Shown: piece after piece, positions 58,465 to 64,000 of the stretch
How positions within the stretch are numbered: position 1 is the first letter of the stretch
Layout of the letters: each line of letters starts with the position of its first letter
Assembly: GCA_040767085.1 (NCBI GenBank)
Contig: JAXGPF010000010.1
Coordinates: 32,001 to 96,000 of the forward strand
Origin: Kiritimatiellia bacterium
GTDB lineage: Bacteria > Verrucomicrobiota > Kiritimatiellia > JAAZAB01
Reading direction: 5' to 3'
DNA length: 64,000 bases
Translations under genes and position numbers: made by a program
The notes under the pieces: model-generated
Database searches by the model: none
What the model saw: only the letters and a program-made list of their open reading frames with translations
Told to the model about the DNA's origin: nothing

Positions 58465-59793
58465 ATGCTGAAACACGAAAAATTGAATGCCGGCTTCGGG
58501 CGCGCGGATATTACGCCGCAGTTGGGTGTGCGCTTGGGCGGGTATGGCGTCAAGGAACGGCCGGCTGAGGAAATCTTTGACCGGTTGCATGCCACCGCCA
58601 TGGTCCTGGGGCAGGCTGGCAGGCTGACGGTGGTGATCAGCCTGGACTGGGGTTGCATCGCGGCCGGCGTGATTGAACGCATCCGCCGCGAAGTGCATCA
58701 GCGCGTTGGCATTCCCGCACCGCATGTGACTGTCTGCGCCACCCATACGCATTCCGCCCCGAATACTTTTGCTTTTCAGGGGTGGGGCGGGGTGGATGAA
58801 GCTTACGTCGCCGCAGTGTTGCCGGAAATTTGCCGGTCAGTCGAAATGGCGCACGCCAATCTGCGGCCGGTACGGGTTGGCTTTGCCGTCACGGAAAGCC
58901 TGGTGGGCGTGAATCGGCGCGGCATCCTGGAAAACGGCGAGGTCCGCTTCATGGCCGATCCCCATGCCGCCTTTGATCCGACCATGACGGTGGCGCATTT
59001 CAAGGATGAATCCGGGGCGGATGCGGGCATCTTGGTGCACTACGGCGCGCATGGCACGGCGATGGGGAGCAACCGCCTGGTTTCACGCGATTGGTGCGGC
59101 GTCATGCAGGACCGGATCGAATCACAATTTACCGCGCCGGTGCTGTTCCTGAATGGGGCGATCGGCGACGTTGGTCCACGCACCAATTTCCGCCATGGCG
59201 CCTGCCTGGCAGCCGGCGAAGGCGACGGCATTGACGCTGTCCGGGAAGTCGGCTATCGCGCCGCCACCGACGCTATGCGCGCCCTCCTTGCCATCCGGGA
59301 ATGGCGTGCCGGGCTTCAACTGGACATTTTGAACGCGCCAATATTTCTGCCGCATGCGCCGTTGAAGCCGCTGGCCGCTGCCGAGCGGGACATGGCGCAA
59401 TGGGCGGAACGGAAAGACGAGTGGGGCGAGCCGATGTGCGAGTATATGTATAATCAGGCCGTGGTGGCCGCGCATGCGCAGCCGGCGCTGGCGGGCCGGC
59501 AGTTTTCACAAACCATCACCGCCATCGGGCCGTTGGTTTTAGCGCCCATGCCCGGCGAGATTTTTTCCGGCATCTCCCTGCGGATTCGCGCCGGAAGTCC
59601 TTTCCAATACACGCTTTGTTGCAGCGTGGCCAATGGTTCGCTGGCATATCTGCCGACCCGTGAGGCGCGCCATCGTGGCGGTTATGAAATCTGGGCCGGC
59701 CGGGCGGTCGGCGCCCATCTCCTGGCGGACAATATTGACGATGTGCTGGTGGCGGAAAATCTCAAGTTGTTGCGGCAAATCAGCGCGGGATAG
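58465..59793 (+). CDS. Neutral/alkaline ceramidase N-terminal-domain-like hydrolase
   Basis: GRADITP...LGGY, ATHTHSAP, NRR, YGAHGT, SRDW, GAIGD, PGEIF, YLPT. Confidence 0.75.
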   Translation: MLKHEKLNAGFGRADITPQLGVRLGGYGVKERPAEEIFDRLHATAMVLGQAGRLTVVISLDWGCIAAGVIERIRREVHQRVGIPAPHVTVCATHTHSAPNTFAFQGWGGVDEAYVAAVLPEICRSVEMAHANLRPVRVGFAVTESLVGVNRRGILENGEVRFMADPHAAFDPTMTVAHFKDESGADAGILVHYGAHGTAMGSNRLVSRDWCGVMQDRIESQFTAPVLFLNGAIGDVGPRTNFRHGACLAAGEGDGIDAVREVGYRAATDAMRALLAIREWRAGLQLDILNAPIFLPHAPLKPLAAAERDMAQWAERKDEWGEPMCEYMYNQAVVAAHAQPALAGRQFSQTITAIGPLVLAPMPGEIFSGISLRIRAGSPFQYTLCCSVANGSLAYLPTREARHRGGYEIWAGRAVGAHLLADNIDDVLVAENLKLLRQISAG

Positions 59794-59842
59794 TCTGATG
59801 TCATCAACTTGCTATCTGGGAATTTGAATCCGGGCTGGAACC

Positions 59843-61141
59843 ATGGAAATAAGTCGCAAGCTGGTTGCGGATTCGGCGGCCATGGCGGCGGACTGGCTGT
59901 CCGGGATTGCCCTGATCCGCAAGCCTGACTCGGCTTTTTACGGCGCGCTCAAAAGCAATTACAGCGCGCAAGACCGGCAGTGGCAATTTTCCGAGCCATT
60001 CTGGCACACGGCCCAGGCGCTCCGGGGCTGGCTGGACTTGGCCGGGGAGCTGGGCTCCCATCAATGGGATGCGCCCATTGAGCAAGCGGCCGGATTTCTG
60101 CGGAACCAGATTATCCACGCGCCGGAACGCTCCCGGATTCATGGCGGGGTCATGCATCTCGCCGGGAAAGTTGACGAGTGTCTTCCCGCCGGCGCTTTGC
60201 ATGCCACCGTCCTGACCAACGGGCTGGAAGGACTGATTGATTATTATGTTGCCAGGCAAGACCCCGCGTCGCTGGCGGCGATCAAGCGCGCGGCGCATTG
60301 GTTGGGCGACGTCATGCTGGATGAAGCCAGCGGGATGGTCTGGTCGTCAATGGACCGGGAGCGTGAAGAATATCTTAAAGCTGAGCTTCACCGGGTTAAC
60401 CGGCTTAACCGGGATAATCCGGAGTTTTTCTACAAACGTCCGGATGCCGAAGGCTCCGCCTTGCTGCTGTGCGGCCGGCTTTTGGACCGGCCCCGGCTGG
60501 CGGACGCCTTCAAGCGGATCTTGGATTTCCTGGTTCAGGATCAAGCGCCGGATGGCATCTGGTGGAACTGGGTCTGTAATGCCGCCAATCCGCCAAGAGC
60601 CCATGGCCGATACAACCTCTGGCTGGCTTTTGCCCTGCTGAACGGGTATGAGGTTTTGGGCGACGAGGCTTACCGCCTGGCGGCCATCCGCACCGCAAGA
60701 TTTTACCGGAAGGCGCAACATCTTGACGGCGGCATCAGTTACCTGACGACGCCCGAGGGCAGAGGCCTGATGTTGTATCCCTGCGGCTCTGCGGTCGCGA
60801 TGTCCGCCCTGCTCTGGCTGAAATTGCTGAGCTATGAATTTGACGGGGATTTTGCCAGGGGTGTGGAATTAAGCTGCGCCTTCCTGACGTCCACTCAATT
60901 TGCCCCGGATTTTGCGGATGAAAACCTGCGCGGCGCTTATTTTGAGTCATACGGCCACGCCCGGTTTGCCGGCATGTCGTACCCGATGGTGCGCGACATT
61001 GCGAGCGTCTTCGGGATACAGCTCATGGCCAAACTGCTTGCCGGCCTGCGGCTCAGCGCGATGGAGACTTTTAACGAATGGATGGCATCCGCGGCCCGCT
61101 GGCCATGGAAAAAGTGGCCGGCGGAGCGGCTGCTGGCGTAA
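59843..61141 (+). CDS. Six-hairpin (alpha/alpha)6 protein (glycosidase/epimerase-like)
   Basis: Helical repeats such as LLNGYEVLGDEAYRLAA, QAPDG, QHLDGG; no signal peptide. Confidence 0.55.
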   Translation: MEISRKLVADSAAMAADWLSGIALIRKPDSAFYGALKSNYSAQDRQWQFSEPFWHTAQALRGWLDLAGELGSHQWDAPIEQAAGFLRNQIIHAPERSRIHGGVMHLAGKVDECLPAGALHATVLTNGLEGLIDYYVARQDPASLAAIKRAAHWLGDVMLDEASGMVWSSMDREREEYLKAELHRVNRLNRDNPEFFYKRPDAEGSALLLCGRLLDRPRLADAFKRILDFLVQDQAPDGIWWNWVCNAANPPRAHGRYNLWLAFALLNGYEVLGDEAYRLAAIRTARFYRKAQHLDGGISYLTTPEGRGLMLYPCGSAVAMSALLWLKLLSYEFDGDFARGVELSCAFLTSTQFAPDFADENLRGAYFESYGHARFAGMSYPMVRDIASVFGIQLMAKLLAGLRLSAMETFNEWMASAARWPWKKWPAERLLA

Positions 61142-61185
61142 CTCCCGGCGGACGCCTGCAATCGCCTGATGGCGGAAGGATGGGG

Positions 61186-62589
61186 ATGAGAGCTTTGAAT
61201 TTATGTCTGGTCCCGGCGCTGGCCGCCGCGGCGGTTTTTGCCGATAACAACTGTTCAGAAGGAGCTGCCATGTTTCAAGCGGAAGATTTCAACAAGCTTA
61301 CCCTCCAGGCCTGCGATGCCGCCGACCGCGCGCCTTGCCCGCCGCCGTGCCTGGTTGATTGTTCGCCGCTGCTGGCCAAAAACAGCAACCTGCACCCTGC
61401 CAAAATTGCCATTGTTGAAAACAAACTGCAGATAGATTGTCCGGCCAACGGGTGTTACAAGCTCAAGCTTAAGGTGGCGGCTGTTTTTCAACCGGGCTGC
61501 AATTACCACTGGAGTTTTACCTGCTGGCAGCGGCCGCTGCTGGAGACGCAGCCGCACGCGGCAGTGGTCAGCTATAAAATCGATGATCGCTCCGACGCGC
61601 AGGGGCGGGCCAAGGGCTTCGCGGTGACAAAAAGCATCGTTCTGACGGGCGGCGGTTACCATACCTACACCTTCATCATCTCGGTTCCGGCCGGCGGGGC
61701 GGCCGGGGAAAGGGTGTTTGAATTTGAAATCAGCAATGAAAACTTGAAGGATACCGGGGGCGTGATCAAGATCAGCCGGGTGGAATTGAAACCGGAAAAT
61801 ATCGAGCAGCAGGTGTATGCATTGTGGCCGGATTCCTTGCCGCCCGGCCAGCGGGAACTCCTGCCCAACCAGGCCTATATTGACGGGAATGGCCGTTATT
61901 TCAGGGATATATCGCGGCCAACCATCATCGTTCACAAGCCCGCGGTAAAACCAGCGCAGCCGGTGGGCGTGATCTTGTGCTCCGGCGGGTCTTTCCATTT
62001 GCTGGAATCAATGGCGCCGGATGCGGCCTGGCTGAATTCCCTGGGGATTACGGCGTTTGAATTGCGCTACCGGGTGCCGTCCAAATCCAATGAGCCGCAA
62101 AAAGCCCTCCAGGACGCGCAACGCGCCCTGCGCCTGGTTCGGTCCAAGGCGGTGGAGTACAATATAACCAAACTCGGCATCATGGGCGCTTCCGCCGGCG
62201 CGCACCTGTCGCTCATGGCGGCCACTGGTTTTGAGCGTAACAGCTATGAACCAATGGATGAGATTGACCAGTTAATTTGCCGGCCGGATTTCGTGATCTC
62301 GATTGCGGCGCCTTACGCGCTCAAACCGGATGGCGCCATCAGTGATGACATTCGGATTGATGAACATACGCCGCCGGTTTTCTTCGCGCATGGCGACGCC
62401 GACAAACATTCCGCCGTCAACAGCGCCACCCTTTATATCGAGCTTAGAAAACGCGGCATCCCGGCGGAACTGCATGTCTGGTCCAAAGCCGGGCATGGCA
62501 TTGGCATCAACAGCGAGGTCGGCCGGGAATGGTCGCGTTTATGCGGGCAATGGCTGAAAACGCTGGGGATTATCAATGCCGGCGAATAA
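61186..62589 (+). CDS. Secreted alpha/beta-hydrolase esterase with N-terminal beta-rich domain
   Basis: Signal peptide; PT I, SGGSF, LRYR, DAQRA, GASAG, RPDF, HGDAD, GHG. Confidence 0.78.
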   Translation: MRALNLCLVPALAAAAVFADNNCSEGAAMFQAEDFNKLTLQACDAADRAPCPPPCLVDCSPLLAKNSNLHPAKIAIVENKLQIDCPANGCYKLKLKVAAVFQPGCNYHWSFTCWQRPLLETQPHAAVVSYKIDDRSDAQGRAKGFAVTKSIVLTGGGYHTYTFIISVPAGGAAGERVFEFEISNENLKDTGGVIKISRVELKPENIEQQVYALWPDSLPPGQRELLPNQAYIDGNGRYFRDISRPTIIVHKPAVKPAQPVGVILCSGGSFHLLESMAPDAAWLNSLGITAFELRYRVPSKSNEPQKALQDAQRALRLVRSKAVEYNITKLGIMGASAGAHLSLMAATGFERNSYEPMDEIDQLICRPDFVISIAAPYALKPDGAISDDIRIDEHTPPVFFAHGDADKHSAVNSATLYIELRKRGIPAELHVWSKAGHGIGINSEVGREWSRLCGQWLKTLGIINAGE

Positions 62590-62626
62590 ACTTTCGGGAT
62601 TTATCAAACGAACGACAGGAGGGGTT

Positions 62627-63148
62627 ATGCGGACAATCAGGCGGTTGTTGGCGGCGATGTTTGGGCTGGCCATGGCGTTTGCAGGGTATGCCGATCCCAT
62701 AGCCGGGGCGACGTATGCCCGGCTCTTCGATCGGGCGCAGGGGATGCTTCCCGGCCTGACCACATTGGAACAGGACTTGGTTGAAACCGGTGCCTGGGAG
62801 ATTGCCGGCGGCCGCCGGGCGGCGGCGGCCGGCGGGATTTCCCTGGAAGCCCAGTCCAACACAGTGGAACTTGTCTGGAAAGGCGCGTTCCCGCGCCCGT
62901 TGCCCGGCATGTCCTTGTCGTTCGACTTGCAGGCCGCCGCGCCTGCGCGGGTGGTGCTGTACGGCTTTAACGGGGATCGCTTTAACCGGGAGGGAGAATG
63001 GACGCCGTCCGCTAAAAAGCCGCCGGCATTCGACATGAAGGGCGAGGGGTTCGGTGGCATTAAACTGGTCATCGAGGGCGCGGGGCTGGCCGGCCAGACG
63101 ATCCGGATCGAGAATATTAAATGGCTCCTAACCAGAATTTGTGGGTAA
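62627..63148 (+). CDS. Secreted hypothetical protein, probably truncated by ISL3
   Basis: AGGAGG RBS; signal peptide; last ~8 codons lie in the putative IS end. Confidence 0.55.
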   Translation: MRTIRRLLAAMFGLAMAFAGYADPIAGATYARLFDRAQGMLPGLTTLEQDLVETGAWEIAGGRRAAAAGGISLEAQSNTVELVWKGAFPRPLPGMSLSFDLQAAAPARVVLYGFNGDRFNREGEWTPSAKKPPAFDMKGEGFGGIKLVIEGAGLAGQTIRIENIKWLLTRICG

Positions 63149-64000
63149 AAAACAGGTTTTAAAGTTTAAGAAGTTCTCCAAGCAATGGCGCCAAAAGATG
63201 GTGGAGTTATTAACAGCCTGCCGCTTTGGGCGTTTGGCGGCCCCGCAGCAGCCTGATTAATAACTCCTGATTGGCGCGATGGCGGAACGGAGATAAAGCG
63301 GCGGCAAAAAAATAGGCTGGCCTTTCCGTAATCCATTGCGTATGCAATGGGTGAACACAAAAAAAGGAGGACCAGCCCAAGGTGAAACTTAAAACAATTT
63401 TGAATCGTTTGCAACCTTTGAAACGTTTTATTTATCAGGAAACTTGTATGGTTTTGGATCGTCGCGGCCAATGGAAAGTGGATATAAGCATTCGTCCGCA
63501 TCGCCAACGCGCGGCATGCTGCTCGCGTTGCGGGCGACCGCTGGCGACATACGACACTCTGCCTGAACGGATATGGGCGTTTGTGCCCATTTTGAATGTG
63601 CCGGCTTTTTTGCATTATAGTCCGCGCCGGGTAAATTGCCCCGAACATGGCGTGGTGGTGGAAGCGCTGCCTTGGAGCGATGGCAAACGACCCTACAGCA
63701 AGGCGCTGATGCTTTTTTTGGGGAACTGGGCGCGGAGGTTGTCCTGGAAAGAGACGGCGCTGATTTTCAAAGTCAGTTGGCAGGCGGTTTATCGGTCGGT
63801 CGAGTGGATGGTGGAATGGGGCTTGGCGCACCGGGAATTGGCCAATATAACGGCGATTGGTGTTGATGAACTCCACGTAGGCAACGGTAAAAAGAGCAAG
63901 AACTATCTGACCTTGATCTATCAGATTGATGCGCAATGCCGCCGATTGCTCTGGGTCGGCCAAACCCGCCGGGCGGCCGCGCTGCGTAAAGGGTTGCAAT
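63123..64000 (+). mobile_element. ISL3-family element, left part (runs off window)
   Basis: Starts GGCTCC after AT-rich TATTAAAT; composition shift; contains the ISL3 transposase. Left boundary inferred. Confidence 0.7.
63382..64000 (+). CDS. ISL3 transposase, N-terminal part
   Basis: Manual translation from GTG 63382 (AGGAGG RBS): MKLKTILN...CSRCG...RRVNCPEHGVVVEALPW...AIGVDE...YLTLIYQID; zinc finger plus first catalytic Asp. Confidence 0.9.
   Translation, partial: MKLKTILNRLQPLKRFIYQETCMVLDRRGQWKVDISIRPHRQRAACCSRCGRPLATYDTLPERIWAFVPILNVPAFLHYSPRRVNCPEHGVVVEALPWSDGKRPYSKALMLFLGNWARRLSWKETALIFKVSWQAVYRSVEWMVEWGLAHRELANITAIGVDELHVGNGKKSKNYLTLIYQIDAQCRRLLWVGQTRRAAALRKGLQ

Noticed and set aside
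63166-63999. 277-aa minus-strand ORF
   Set aside because: Antisense to the ISL3 transposase on the plus strand.

Overview
GC-rich bacterial chromosome segment. The gene set and orders (lysC-cimA, FG-GAP-tailed secreted proteins, ceramidase-like and six-hairpin enzymes) suggest a PVC-superphylum organism such as Kiritimatiellota or Lentisphaerota; this is inference only. Most of the window is housekeeping: proB (partial), mtaB, a gspE-type ATPase, yraN-rnhB-rplS-trmD-khpA-rpsP, tsaE-thiL-mtnA, typA, argS-rsmB, hom-lysC-cimA-valS-acyP-rnr, rrf2-hcp-ferredoxin and bioHCDA. There are two accessory loci: a putative surface-glycan modification cluster (32.2-38.6 kb; polytopic membrane protein, GT2, acyltransferase, ATP-grasp ligase, PLP decarboxylase) and a carbohydrate-utilisation locus (50.1-63.1 kb; GH3 plus HAD, GntR/LacI regulator, two six-hairpin enzymes, ceramidase-like hydrolase, esterase). 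Mobile DNA I could delimit by eye: an IS3-family element (4-bp TSD, inserted in a stop codon), an IS1202-type element (16-bp TSD), an ISL3 left end, and a 218-bp ISAs1-like MITE. Non-coding signals include three copies of an octamer-built foldback element, GTAG REP-like units, two perfect 15/17-bp intergenic tandem duplications, and a sharply G-skewed segment inside a surface-protein gene. I found no rRNA, tRNA, CRISPR array or reverse transcriptase. All calls come from motif reading; no searches were run.
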